A DNA stretch of 63,345 bases, the filler included. It is 8 parts of 8 records of this genome, joined end to end, with 100 filler letters (N's around TTAATTAATTAA, not from the genome) between each part and the next. Parts side by side here need not be neighbours in the genome. Positions count along the whole stretch, not along the records: positions 25,924 to 41,884 come from SRR31147125_22294; positions 41,985 to 48,219 come from SRR31147125_22298; positions 48,320 to 54,724 come from SRR31147125_22347; 5 more parts are not named here. One strand, given 5' to 3'. This document shows, piece by piece, positions 38,739-49,625 of the stretch (within the stretch, counting starts at the first letter, position 1; each line of letters starts with the position of its first letter). The notes under the pieces are model-generated. The model saw only the letters and a list, made by a program, of their open reading frames with translations. It was not told where the DNA came from and made no database searches. The position numbers and the translations under genes were made by a program.

Positions 38739-39906
38739 GTAAAGCTAATAGATTATCAAACGAAAACGATTGCAAACTTTCCGCATTTGCATATCCACCA
38801 TATACCTCACTTGTTTCATCCATAACTTGTAATTGTTGCATCAACTTTATGCTGCTATCATAAAGTTGTTTATCATTAATGGTCTTTGCAAGTAGCGCAA
38901 TAAGACCATAAACTGCTGTTGATTCTTCATTTGTATTTTTTGTTCCATTACTAGCATACGTAGAATATACGACTCCCTCATTAATCAAGCCTTTTATATA
39001 TTCAATTGACTTGCTTTGTAGCCTATCGACTTCCGCTAAATGCATCATAGTCAAAACACACTCTATCATATTTATGCGCTGTGTTTCGTAGCTTCTTTTA
39101 TTATAACTATATCTTGTCTGATAAAGTGGTAAATCATCTCCAATGTACCCACCCTCAACAACTAAAAGCATTTTTTCATAAATTTTATTATATTCTTCAT
39201 TCATATTTGCAAGCCTGCCTAAGGTATCAAAATCCAAGTAGCAAAGTGTAATAAAATCAGCTTGCATTTCATTCTTTTGTTCAAAATAATCTACAATATA
39301 TCCGTCAACAATATTCGTTTCTAAAAAACTGTTGCTATACTCAACTGCTATATTATAATACCTATCATCAAAGATATCTTCACTGCGTAAAAGAGCACCA
39401 ATAATGCGTAAATCGTCAACCGCAGCATTAACTTCATCAAGTACTCCATCATCTGAGTATCTGTACCCAATCCCCTTATCAGTAAGCATATATTGCTCAA
39501 TAAACAAAAACGCACCCTCATACACCGCTTCGTTTTGTTCGTTTAACGCTATATCCATCAACAATCCTTGCGATTCACTCAAAACATCATATCCTGTTGC
39601 ATAATTCTTTTTTGCGTTAGAAGGCAAGTAATGTGTATGCACTGCATATCCATCCAGCATTTTATTTTCAAAAAACCTATGTAACAAATCATATTCATAA
39701 GAATATGCATCCTGCTTTCCAATGATAGCTTCCGTTTGCGCTGGTACATACAATTCGTAATCATACTCTATCGCATTTTCTCCATGAGCGTTTTCACTTT
39801 TGTTGCAACACGTAAAAAGCATACTCAATAACACAAGATTCGTGCAAACTAATACTCTTAAAGTACTTCGATTTGCATGTATATATCTGATGATCTTATT
39901 TTGCAT
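38707..39906 (-). CDS. GH8 glycoside hydrolase (PssZ-like)
   Basis: LSESQGLLM, NAAVDDLRI, ESTAVY, SFDNL. Confidence 0.8.
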   Translation of the reverse strand: MQNKIIRYIHANRSTLRVLVCTNLVLLSMLFTCCNKSENAHGENAIEYDYELYVPAQTEAIIGKQDAYSYEYDLLHRFFENKMLDGYAVHTHYLPSNAKKNYATGYDVLSESQGLLMDIALNEQNEAVYEGAFLFIEQYMLTDKGIGYRYSDDGVLDEVNAAVDDLRIIGALLRSEDIFDDRYYNIAVEYSNSFLETNIVDGYIVDYFEQKNEMQADFITLCYLDFDTLGRLANMNEEYNKIYEKMLLVVEGGYIGDDLPLYQTRYSYNKRSYETQRINMIECVLTMMHLAEVDRLQSKSIEYIKGLINEGVVYSTYASNGTKNTNEESTAVYGLIALLAKTINDKQLYDSSIKLMQQLQVMDETSEVYGGYANAESLQSFSFDNLLALLAYSEGYTYD

Positions 39907-41356
39907 CAGACTTTACCTTTTCAATATATTCTGCAATATGTTCAATAATGATATACCCGATCATTAAACACATAAAGTCAAATACTATATTATAAAGCGG
40001 AGAATAAGAATTTACGTTCAAATTTCCACTTCTTATTATCCCTACTACAATAGGTAAAACTGACGCCGACAATAAAAACATAAGCATGGTCAATATCTTT
40101 GGTTTTCTTATTGTAAAAGTAATGATGACTCCAAACATGACGATAATAGCACCCAATGTCTTTGGTGCAGCATAACTTTTTATAGAACTCACAAGAGAAA
40201 AGCCTTTATATTCAGTATTGGGATTATGATTATCTTGATATCTATAGTTTCCTGTTTTATCTAAAATAATATCGTACATATTAGCAAACGATTCTCTCAT
40301 AAGAACAGCAAACGCTGCAGGGTGAGAAAAATAATATCCAGCGATATCAGCCATTTTTATATCATCATACATATAAACCACAGACTCATCTTGCGGCTCT
40401 ACTACAGCAAAATCTTCAAAATATAGATTCCCACTCAAGATAGAATAGTTAGGGTCTTCACCATAATTCAAAAGTACATCTTCAGGGTTATCAGTAGTTT
40501 TAAGAATACCCCTTGTAACAGAATGATATTTATCCACTTTAGTAACTACATTTGATGCAAAAGCTATTGATAATATGGAAACCACCAAAACATAAGCTGT
40601 TAAGGTTAAGAATATATTGTACACGTTTCTTTTTCTATCTATTAAATACATTACCCCAAGCATTAGGGCAAATATAATACCCACCATGCCATAAACTCTC
40701 TCGCAAAATACCAAAATAGTTATGTTTATCAAAAATGCAATTGCTGCAATTATTTTATTAAAATCCGTATCCAATATAAATAAAAGCCAAATAAATGAGT
40801 TGATTGCACTCAGTATAATTACTGGCAAAGTATTGAACGAATTAAAAAACAAGCTATATTCGGTATCGCATATCATGAGACCAATCGCCACTGTCATAAT
40901 AATTGCACTGACCGTTTTGCTCGATTCTACTATAAAACTCGACTTGATTATATAATAGTAGAAAAGCACAATTGCCATAGCCGCATATAAAATATAAAGC
41001 ACACTTAAAAATCTTATATCCAAGACTTCTTTGTTGCCAGGAAATAATCTGTTTAAAGACTTCGAAAAAGCTATAAAAATATTTGCTGAAGTGATATTGG
41101 GTTTATCATATTCATTATAGTATTCTGAAACGCCATAATCGTTAACAAAGTAGCCAGAAAACTGTACATCTTCATTTGCTTCTAAAAAATAAAGATTATT
41201 TGTATAAACCTGCGAAGAGTATAAGCCTCCGCTATCTGAAATCCCAACAACAGGATTTATTAATAAAATATAAATCAACACCAATGCAAACAAAATACCC
41301 AGCACTAAAGGTAAGAATTTATCCAATTTATTTTTTTCTATTGTATTTTCTAGCAA
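39896..41356 (-). CDS. Polytopic membrane protein, possibly a GT-C-like or polymer-modifying enzyme
   Basis: Many TMs, early GISDSGG loop, large extracellular loop; first gene of the EPS operon. Confidence 0.55.
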   Translation of the reverse strand: MLENTIEKNKLDKFLPLVLGILFALVLIYILLINPVVGISDSGGLYSSQVYTNNLYFLEANEDVQFSGYFVNDYGVSEYYNEYDKPNITSANIFIAFSKSLNRLFPGNKEVLDIRFLSVLYILYAAMAIVLFYYYIIKSSFIVESSKTVSAIIMTVAIGLMICDTEYSLFFNSFNTLPVIILSAINSFIWLLFILDTDFNKIIAAIAFLINITILVFCERVYGMVGIIFALMLGVMYLIDRKRNVYNIFLTLTAYVLVVSILSIAFASNVVTKVDKYHSVTRGILKTTDNPEDVLLNYGEDPNYSILSGNLYFEDFAVVEPQDESVVYMYDDIKMADIAGYYFSHPAAFAVLMRESFANMYDIILDKTGNYRYQDNHNPNTEYKGFSLVSSIKSYAAPKTLGAIIVMFGVIITFTIRKPKILTMLMFLLSASVLPIVVGIIRSGNLNVNSYSPLYNIVFDFMCLMIGYIIIEHIAEYIEKVKSDAK

Positions 41357-41744
41357 TATATTCCCCTCTTTAAACCTAATGTACTACATAATTATATATT
41401 TACGCTAAGTATATTATATATATAAAACAATACTATTGTCAAAATATATAATATAATTGTACTATTATTTTTATTATTGCCGAAATTTTGTATATTTAAG
41501 CGCAAAACACTAAGCTAATTCGCTAATAAACAAATGGTTTTTACAACCATTTACCAAATATTAGTATTATAGGTTTATATACAGGTTTGATCATGTTTAT
41601 TTAACATATTGTAAACATATTTGTATCAAAATTTGTGCTATAATCACTCAAAATGCGTTTCTTAAACTAAACCAAAATAATATTTAAGAATATTTTAAGC
41701 AACTTACATTAATATTTGTTTATAATATATGTAGAGAAGGTATT

Positions 41745-41884
41745 TTGTTTATGAAAAAAATAAATATTGCAAAATTGTTAGTGGGTATCACGTGGATTTG
41801 TTTAGTTATTATTGGCATATCAAAAAATCTTAGTGGCTTTCTGATGGTGCTATTTCTATCATCCGTAATACTAGGTCCTTTTTT
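41745..41884 (+). CDS. Small membrane protein, 3'-truncated
   Basis: Hydrophobic ORF running into the linker. Confidence 0.4.
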
Positions 41885-41984
41885 NNNNNNNNNNNNNNNN
41901 NNNNNNNNNNNNNNNNNNNNNNNNNNNNTTAATTAATTAANNNNNNNNNNNNNNNNNNNNNNNNNNNNNNNNNNNNNNNNNNNN
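41885..41984. other. Artificial contig linker
   Basis: N-run, TTAATTAATTAA, N-run. Confidence 0.99.
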
Positions 41985-43910
41985 CCCAATATGCTTTTAG
42001 CCGAGATTCATGTTAAATACAAGAATGGTGCAGTGGAAAAAATAATTACCGACAATTTCTGGAAAACACATCGTTCTCCCATTCTGAAATCTGAAATTTA
42101 TTCAGGTGAGTATTACGATGCAAGGTTGGAACAAAAGGGATGGAGCACTCCGGGATTTTCAGATAAAAACTGGAGTTTTGCCAGTGTTGAAGATTATGGC
42201 TACGATCTTCTTACACCACAAGTAAATATGCCTGTAAGGATAATTCAAACTGTTAAGCCCAAACATATTCATAAAACAAAAGATGACCGCTGGATAATTG
42301 ATATGGGACAAAATTTGGTAGGCTGGCCGGTACTGAAAGTTAAAGGAGAGGAAGGCACGGTAATTAAAATGCGCTTTTCAGAAATACTGAGTTCAACAGA
42401 TAGTCTTTATGTTGATAATCTGCGTAACGCTACGGTATCCGACATTTATGTGCTTAAAGGGGAAGGGGAAGAGTTATATCGTCCGTATTTTACTTTCCAC
42501 GGTTTCAGGTATATGGAGGTGGCAGGATATCCGGGACAGTTGACATCGGATGCAATTGTTGCAGAGGTTATTAGTTCTGTTCAAAATCCAACGGGAACCA
42601 TTCAGACACCCGATACTTTGCTGAATAGAATGTACGAGTTAGGTATTTGGGGGCAACTAGGTAATTTTATTAGTGTGCCAACCGATTGCCCGCAACGCGA
42701 TGAACGTTTGGGCTACACAGGCGATGGACAGGTCTTTTGGCGTACAGGAACCTATAATTTTGATGTGGCGGCCTTTGCTCACAAGTGGATGGCTGATATT
42801 CGTGACGAACAAACTCCGGATGGAGGAATACCAAACACTGCCCCAACTGTACCAAAAAGTAACCGTAAGAACGGAGCTCCCGGATGGGAAGATGCCGTGG
42901 TAATTGTTCCATGGAATACATGGATGCAGTATGGTGATAAAAGTATTATTGAAGAAAACTGGTCTGCTATGGAACATTATATGCAGTACGTGGAAAATAA
43001 AAGCAAAGATTTTATACGTCCCGGGTATTTTCTTGGTGACCACCTGGCACCCGATTTTAGCACACCAAATGATTTAATAAGCACCGGGTTATGGGGCTTG
43101 ACTGCCGAAATGATGGCCCAAATGGCTGAAGCAACTGGCAGGGTAACTGATGCCAAAAAATATTTGAATTTAAAAGAAAAAATAAAAGAGGCTTTTCATG
43201 ATAAATTTATTGCTCCCGATGGAAAGATAGGGTCGGAAAGTCAAACCTCGTATGCTATTGCTTTACATTCTGGAATGGTTCCCGATTCGATGAAAGAACG
43301 TGTGACAGAAAAACTAGTTGAAGCTATTGAAAAGCGCAATTGGCATGTGTCAACAGGTTTTATTGGAACGCCGTACTTACTTTTTGCATTATCTGAAAAT
43401 GGTCGGGCAGATGTTGCTTATCGTTTATTGCTAAACGAGAGTTATCCTTCGTGGGGGTACATGATAAAGAATGGTGCAACTACCTGGTGGGAGCGTTGGA
43501 ATAGCGACTCCGGAGATCCGAGCATGAATTCTTTTAATCACTATGCTTTTGGCTCAGTGGTTGAATGGATTTATCGTGCTCTGGTTGGAATAAATACTTC
43601 GGATGAAGCTGCTGGATTTAAAAAAACAATCATAAGTCCAGTATTTGATACAAGCGGTAAAATAGACTATGCAAAAGGAACATATCACTCGGTTTATGGA
43701 GAGATTGTCTCGGAATGGCAATTTGAAAGAGAAGATACTGTCAGGCTCATAGTGAAAGTTCCTGCGAATACTTCAGCCTTAGTAATAGTGCCCCGATATG
43801 CATCAATTGTAAAAGTTAACGGAGATGAAATATCTGATTTAGAGAATAAAGAATTTATGGTGGGATCCGGCAATTTCGAATTTATTTTGAGGATTAAATC
43901 AAATAAATAA
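41985..43910 (+). CDS. GH78 alpha-L-rhamnosidase, 5'-truncated
   Basis: DMGQNLVG, PTDCPQRDERLG, GATTWWERW, SFNHYAFG. Confidence 0.93.
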   Translation, partial: PNMLLAEIHVKYKNGAVEKIITDNFWKTHRSPILKSEIYSGEYYDARLEQKGWSTPGFSDKNWSFASVEDYGYDLLTPQVNMPVRIIQTVKPKHIHKTKDDRWIIDMGQNLVGWPVLKVKGEEGTVIKMRFSEILSSTDSLYVDNLRNATVSDIYVLKGEGEELYRPYFTFHGFRYMEVAGYPGQLTSDAIVAEVISSVQNPTGTIQTPDTLLNRMYELGIWGQLGNFISVPTDCPQRDERLGYTGDGQVFWRTGTYNFDVAAFAHKWMADIRDEQTPDGGIPNTAPTVPKSNRKNGAPGWEDAVVIVPWNTWMQYGDKSIIEENWSAMEHYMQYVENKSKDFIRPGYFLGDHLAPDFSTPNDLISTGLWGLTAEMMAQMAEATGRVTDAKKYLNLKEKIKEAFHDKFIAPDGKIGSESQTSYAIALHSGMVPDSMKERVTEKLVEAIEKRNWHVSTGFIGTPYLLFALSENGRADVAYRLLLNESYPSWGYMIKNGATTWWERWNSDSGDPSMNSFNHYAFGSVVEWIYRALVGINTSDEAAGFKKTIISPVFDTSGKIDYAKGTYHSVYGEIVSEWQFEREDTVRLIVKVPANTSALVIVPRYASIVKVNGDEISDLENKEFMVGSGNFEFILRIKSNK

Positions 43911-43916
43911 AAACCA

Positions 43917-46637
43917 ATGAACATGAAAATAGCTGAGTTTTTTATTAAAACATATTTTGTTTTTGTATTTACAATTTTAATGTCTCAATTATCTTATGGC
44001 AGAATTGATAACAAGGGGAAAAGTAACGTTGCTGATTCTATCGGAATGACTCTTGAAGAAAGGAGTATTATTACTTTAAATAGTGGCTGGGATTTCATGC
44101 TTGATAAAGAGGAATCATTCAAAAAAGTTGACCTACCACATACCTGGAATGCTGAAGATGCAACAGATGATAAAAGAGGAATTTATCAGGGGGAAGGAAC
44201 ATATAAGAAAACTTTATTCCTTAACCTGACTGAAGGACAGACGACATTTCTGTATTTTGAGGGAGCAAATCAAGTTACGAAACTTACTGTAAATGGAGAA
44301 TTTATTGGAGATCACAAAGGGGGATATACCTCTTTTGCTTTCGATATAAGTGATGTCATTAAAGAAGGTGAGAACGAAATTGAAGTTTCCGTATCTAACA
44401 AACCCAATCCTGACATTCCTCCTTTATCAATGGATTATATATTTTATGGCGGTATCTATCGTGACGTTTATTTAGTTGTAACCAACCCCGTTCATTTTGA
44501 TGTATTAAATTTTGGTTCAAACGGAATATCGATCTCGACTCCCAATGTATCTAATCGAGAGGGAGAGATTCTTGTTCAGGCACGATTAAAGAATGAAACA
44601 AACAGCAACAAAAATATTGCACTTGTCCATCGAGTGATTGCACCTAACGGAAAAGAAATTGAAAAATTTGAAAAGAATATAGATATTGAAGCTGATTCAG
44701 ATGTATTTCAAGTTGAAATGTACGGGAAAATCTCTTCTCCAGAACTTTGGTCACCTGATTCTCCATCATTATATACAATTGTATCTGAGCTTAAAGATTC
44801 ACAAACAGATGAGCTTATTGATAAGGTTATAAATCCGTTAGGATTTCGTTGGTTTAGTATGGATTCGCAAAAAGGCTTTTTCTTAAATGGACAGCATCTA
44901 AAACTAACCGGTGTATGTAAGCATCAAGATTTTAAAGGGCTAGGTAGTGCAGTGAGTAATGAATTGTTGCTAAAAGACCTTAAGATGATCAAAGAAATGG
45001 GAGGTAATTGCTACCGAAGTTCTCATTATCCACACGATCCTTCGGTGTTGGATGCTTGTGACCGCCTGGGACTTTTAGTTATTGATGAAATCCCTTTAGT
45101 AAATTCAATTACTGAATCAGACGAGTTTTATTTAAACAGTTTAAGAAGCTTGAAGGAGATGATTTTTAGAGATTATAATCATCCATCAATATTTTCCTGG
45201 GGAATGAGTAATGAAATTGGAATGATAGGAAAAGGTCAAATTGGTTCAGAAAGAGGTATTAAATATGACATGGCTTTAGGTAACTTAATTTCTTCTTTGG
45301 ATTCTGTTACAAAATCGATGGATAATCAGCGTTTAACCACGCATAGTGTGCATTATAAAACCGAACGGTATGAATCATCAGGGGTGATTAAAACCGGAGA
45401 CTTTATTGGGATAAATGCCTATATGGGATGGTATCTGGGCGAACCTGATTCTTTAGTTGTATTAGCCGAAGATATTCAAAATCTATCAGGTAATAAACCT
45501 ATAATAATTTCAGAATATGGCGCAGGCGCTGATCCCCGGTTGCGTTCTGATACTCCTCGTAGATATGATTTTACTTTAGATTATCAAACCCAGGTTCATA
45601 AGGAGTGGTTGAAAAGCTTTCGAAATAACAGTTTTGTCTCCGGTTCTTTTGTGTGGAATTTTGCAGACTTTTGTTCTCCCTATCGGGGAGATGCGATGCC
45701 ATTTTATAATAGTAAAGGAATTGTTGCTGCCGATAGGGAGCCAAAAGATGTTTTTTATTTTTATAAAGCAGCTTTAACCAATAAGCCAACCATAAATATT
45801 GGGATGAAAAACTGGAAATTTCATAGCGGTATCGAAACTGTACCTGGTTTATGTTCCAAAAAAATTGAAGTTTTTACAAATATCAAAGAAGCAGAAATAA
45901 TTATTAATGGAAAGTCTTTAGGTAAGAAAGATGTTAAAGATTATTGTGTTGAATGGAATGTCCCTTTTAAAAATGGGAAGAATTTAATTGAAGTTTCTGG
46001 TACCGATGAAGATGGTAAATTGGTGAAAGATTTTCACTTGGTAGAATTTAACTTAATTCCATTAAGCCTGAAAAACATGAGATCAGGCGATGTGATTCGA
46101 ATAAATGCAGGAAGTTCTGCTTATTTTCTGGATGAAGAAGAAAAAGCAGTTTGGATTCCAGATACTGAATATACTGCTAACGGTTTTGGCTTTGTTGGAG
46201 GGATGTTTTTAGTTACCAAAAATAACCGCGTTGATTATCGGGAAGGTATTGATCAAAATATTGAGAGAACAAATAAAGATCCATTGTTTCAAACGCAACG
46301 AATTGCGATGGAATCCTTTAAAGCTGATGTACCTATAGGGCAGTATGAGGTTACTTTTTGCTTATCAGATTTAGCTGTTGGAGTTGAACAACTTGTTTAT
46401 GAATTGGGTAGTAAGGAGGATATTACTCTTTCAAATATCTCCGACAAATATGAATTTGATATTCTTATTAATGGGCATGTAATTGCTGAAAAGATAAACC
46501 CAAGTAAAATAGCAGAGAGATTAACTGCTTATAAGTTTTCTACCATTATTTTTTCATCTGGAGGATTGAATATTGAATTTAGGTCAGATGGTGGAACTAC
46601 TTGTATTAACGCATTAAAAATTCGCAAACTACGATAA
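43917..46637 (+). CDS. GH2 glycosidase with C-terminal malectin-like domain
   Basis: HKGGYTSF, YGGIYRDV, RSSHYP, NHPSI..WGMSNE, ISEYG; C-terminal RINAGS...DPLFQTQR. Confidence 0.92.
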   Translation: MNMKIAEFFIKTYFVFVFTILMSQLSYGRIDNKGKSNVADSIGMTLEERSIITLNSGWDFMLDKEESFKKVDLPHTWNAEDATDDKRGIYQGEGTYKKTLFLNLTEGQTTFLYFEGANQVTKLTVNGEFIGDHKGGYTSFAFDISDVIKEGENEIEVSVSNKPNPDIPPLSMDYIFYGGIYRDVYLVVTNPVHFDVLNFGSNGISISTPNVSNREGEILVQARLKNETNSNKNIALVHRVIAPNGKEIEKFEKNIDIEADSDVFQVEMYGKISSPELWSPDSPSLYTIVSELKDSQTDELIDKVINPLGFRWFSMDSQKGFFLNGQHLKLTGVCKHQDFKGLGSAVSNELLLKDLKMIKEMGGNCYRSSHYPHDPSVLDACDRLGLLVIDEIPLVNSITESDEFYLNSLRSLKEMIFRDYNHPSIFSWGMSNEIGMIGKGQIGSERGIKYDMALGNLISSLDSVTKSMDNQRLTTHSVHYKTERYESSGVIKTGDFIGINAYMGWYLGEPDSLVVLAEDIQNLSGNKPIIISEYGAGADPRLRSDTPRRYDFTLDYQTQVHKEWLKSFRNNSFVSGSFVWNFADFCSPYRGDAMPFYNSKGIVAADREPKDVFYFYKAALTNKPTINIGMKNWKFHSGIETVPGLCSKKIEVFTNIKEAEIIINGKSLGKKDVKDYCVEWNVPFKNGKNLIEVSGTDEDGKLVKDFHLVEFNLIPLSLKNMRSGDVIRINAGSSAYFLDEEEKAVWIPDTEYTANGFGFVGGMFLVTKNNRVDYREGIDQNIERTNKDPLFQTQRIAMESFKADVPIGQYEVTFCLSDLAVGVEQLVYELGSKEDITLSNISDKYEFDILINGHVIAEKINPSKIAERLTAYKFSTIIFSSGGLNIEFRSDGGTTCINALKIRKLR

Positions 46638-47030
46638 TTTCGGGCAGACTGTTGGTAATTAGTGATTTGCGTTAATGAACTTTTAAAAAGAAATTCAAAT
46701 GAAGAAATCCAGATGTATAAAGATTCTCGCAATTCTCTTAGGAAGCCTTTTTGTACTTGTTGTGATAATATACCAGGGGGTATTTGGAACTCACGGATTT
46801 AAAATCCCCAAAACTGAAATAGAACGATATTTAAAAATTATCGCAAGATAAAGCTATGGAAGTTGAAGGAAGCCCTGAAATAGCCATCCAACAATTTCAG
46901 CTTCGATAAGTTCTTCTAACTTCCATAATTATTTAATTTTATTTGGCTGATATTGAGCTTGTTTGCTGTTTTCTTTTTCTTTTCTCTTAGCTAACTTTAT
47001 ACCAGTAAAAAGCCCCTTTCGAGGTGGGTT

Positions 47031-47067
47031 AGCAAGTTTATGTTTTGGTCTGACCAAAATCCTTGCT
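47031..47067. promoter_or_regulatory. Candidate oriT-associated inverted repeat
   Basis: Nested IR AGCAAG..TTTTGGTC-T-GACCAAAA..CTTGCT just upstream of mobC. Confidence 0.55.
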
Positions 47068-47101
47068 TACATCCCGTTGGTCTAAAATTAGGTAATACAA
47101 A

Positions 47102-47446
47102 ATGGTTCAATTTAACAAAGGTGGGCGGCCACGGAAATTAGCTGGAGAGAAGATGAATTATAAAGTAACGGTAAAAATGTCAACCGTTGAATATTATATA
47201 TTAAAAGGTAAAGCAAAAGAAGCTGATGTTTCGTTAAGTGAATTCATCAGAAATTCAATAATAAAAACCTCGGTTGTTCAACGCTTAACACCTGAAATGC
47301 ACGATGAGATTAGAAAACTTTCTGGCATGGCTAATAACCTGAACCAGATAGCAAGAAAAGCCAATGCGCTAGGTTATGACCATGTTAGAACCGAATATCT
47401 TTACCTTGCCAACAAAATTGACCGAATCTTAAATAAAGTGATATGA
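47102..47446 (+). CDS. mobC: MobC relaxosome accessory protein (RHH)
   Basis: KGGRP, SLSEFIR, LSGMANNLNQIAR; overlaps the relaxase start. Confidence 0.88.
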   Translation: MVQFNKGGRPRKLAGEKMNYKVTVKMSTVEYYILKGKAKEADVSLSEFIRNSIIKTSVVQRLTPEMHDEIRKLSGMANNLNQIARKANALGYDHVRTEYLYLANKIDRILNKVI

Positions 47447-48219
47447 TTGCTAAGATTGTAACAGGTGGAGATTTTGTCGGGGTGGTAAATTACATTCTGG
47501 ATAAAAAGAAAGTTGCAGAACTTTTAACTGGTGAAGGAGTAAGACTAAAAAACAAAAACTCTATCATCAAAAGTTTTGCAGCACAAACAGAATTAAATTT
47601 ACGTGTAACAAAACCAGTTGGGCACATTTCACTTGACTTTTCGATTCAGGATAAGGATAAATTGAACAATGAATTTATGCTAAAAGTTTCTGATGGTTAC
47701 ATGACTAAAATGGGAATTGTAAATACCCAGTTAATACTAGTCCGGCACTACGACAGAGAACATCCTCACGTTCATATCGTGTTTAACAGGATAGATAATA
47801 ACGGCAAAACAATATCAAACAAGAACGATCGCTACCGAAGTGAAAAAATCTGTAAGGAACTTACCCGAAAGTATGATTTGTATTTTGCTAAAGGAAAGGA
47901 GAATGTAAAGGTTCATCGACTAAAGGAGCCAGACAAAACAAAATATGAGATTTATAATTGCCTGAAAGAGTTTGTTCCAAAATGCAAAGATATGGATGAA
48001 CTGGAAGCTAAGCTGAAAAAAGTAGGGATAACAGTAAACTACAAATGCAGGGGGAATACAAATGTTGTTCAGGGGATTTCGTTTACTAAAAATGATTTGA
48101 GATTTAATGGCTCCAAAATTGACAGGCAATTCAGCTATTCAAAGATTAAGTCCAGGCTGGATGAGAATAAGAGGCAGGAATATTTTGCGGTTATTGATAA
48201 TCCATCACTGGATCAGGCT
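47443..48219 (+). CDS. Relaxase/mobilisation nuclease (MOBP-type), 3'-truncated
   Basis: MIAKI...VNY, GHISLDF, RHYDREHPHVHIVFNRID. Confidence 0.92.
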
Positions 48220-48319
48220 NNNNNNNNNNNNNNNNNNNNNNNNNNNNNNNNNNNNNNNNNNNNTTAATTAATTAANNNNNNNNNNNNNNNNNNNNNNNNN
48301 NNNNNNNNNNNNNNNNNNN
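48220..48319. other. Artificial contig linker
   Basis: N-run, TTAATTAATTAA, N-run. Confidence 0.99.
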
Positions 48320-48322
48320 AAA

Positions 48323-49615
48323 ATGGGTATAGAATTAATAGTTTATTTAGCTGTATTTATCATATTATTGCTTATTGGAGCCCCTACATATTTAGCATTG
48401 CTTGTATCAGGGCTTTCATACTGCTTTATAACAGGCACAATTGACAATATGATGATTATGCAAAAGATGTTTGCAAGTTTGGACAACTTCGTTTTGCTTG
48501 CAATCCCAATGTTTATGATGGCAGGAATCATTATGAACACAGGTGGAATAACAAACAGAATTTTCAACTTTTGTCGTTCAATGTGGGGTCATCATAAAGG
48601 TGGTCTGGCATACGTAAACGTTGCTGCAAGTTTCCTTTTCTCTGGTATGTCTGGGTCGGCTCTTGCTGATGTTGGAGGACTCGGCCAAGTTGAAATGAAA
48701 GCAATGAGAGATGAAGGTTATGATGATGATATGACTATTGGGATTACATCGGCCTCCGCAACAATGGGACCTATTGTTCCACCATCAATTCCAATGGTTA
48801 TCTATGGATCAGCTGCAAGTGTTTCTGTTGGAGCATTGTTTACAGCAGGGATTGTTCCTGGACTACTAATGGCTGTAGTTTTATGTGTAGTAATATTTAT
48901 CGTAGCAAGAAAAAAAGGATATCCAGTACATAAGAAAGCAACATTCAAACAAAGAGTAATAATGCTTAAAGACACATTCTTTGCACTTATGATGCCTATG
49001 GTAATTATGGGTGGTATCTGGAGCGGATATTTCACGCCAACTGAAGCAGCACTTATAAGTATAATCTATGTTTTGGTTGTTATTCTATTTATATATCGTG
49101 AGATGAAACCAAGCAAAATTCCCCAAATAATGGTGGAAACAGTAACTGGCATTGTACCAGCACTTACAATAATTTCATCAGCTGCATTGTTTGGTTGGGT
49201 ATTACAGTTTGAAAGATTGGATCAACTTATTCTTGATGGTTTACTGAGCATTTCCACTAATGTTTATGTTGTGTTGTTCATGGTTAATATTTTGCTTATC
49301 TTCTTTGGTATGATTTTGGATTCAACACCAGTTATTCTTCTTATGGTGCCAATGCTTCTTCCATTAACAAGACAACTCGGAATAAACGATGTTCACCTTG
49401 GAGTTATCGTTGTGCTTAACTTGATGATAGGTCTTATGACACCGCCAATCGGTCAGTCATTATTCATGCTTTCTGGCGTGACAGGTAAACCGTTTGGAAA
49501 AATCGTTAAGCATACGTCGCCATGGCTTATTCCATTGTTCGCGGCATTGATGCTGGTTACATTCTTTCCAGACTTGATCTTGTTCTTACCAAGATTTTTT
49601 GGACTTGTAAAATAG
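48323..49615 (+). CDS. dctM: TRAP transporter large permease
   Basis: LAIPMF, SGSALAD, IVPPSIP, TPTEAA, MTPPIG. Confidence 0.93.
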   Translation: MGIELIVYLAVFIILLLIGAPTYLALLVSGLSYCFITGTIDNMMIMQKMFASLDNFVLLAIPMFMMAGIIMNTGGITNRIFNFCRSMWGHHKGGLAYVNVAASFLFSGMSGSALADVGGLGQVEMKAMRDEGYDDDMTIGITSASATMGPIVPPSIPMVIYGSAASVSVGALFTAGIVPGLLMAVVLCVVIFIVARKKGYPVHKKATFKQRVIMLKDTFFALMMPMVIMGGIWSGYFTPTEAALISIIYVLVVILFIYREMKPSKIPQIMVETVTGIVPALTIISSAALFGWVLQFERLDQLILDGLLSISTNVYVVLFMVNILLIFFGMILDSTPVILLMVPMLLPLTRQLGINDVHLGVIVVLNLMIGLMTPPIGQSLFMLSGVTGKPFGKIVKHTSPWLIPLFAALMLVTFFPDLILFLPRFFGLVK

Positions 49616-49625
49616 TGAGGTTAAT

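Noticed and set aside
41357-41744. Possible c-di-GMP riboswitch upstream of the EPS operon
   Set aside because: Only short AT-rich inverted repeats are present; no recognisable two-stem GEMM motif.
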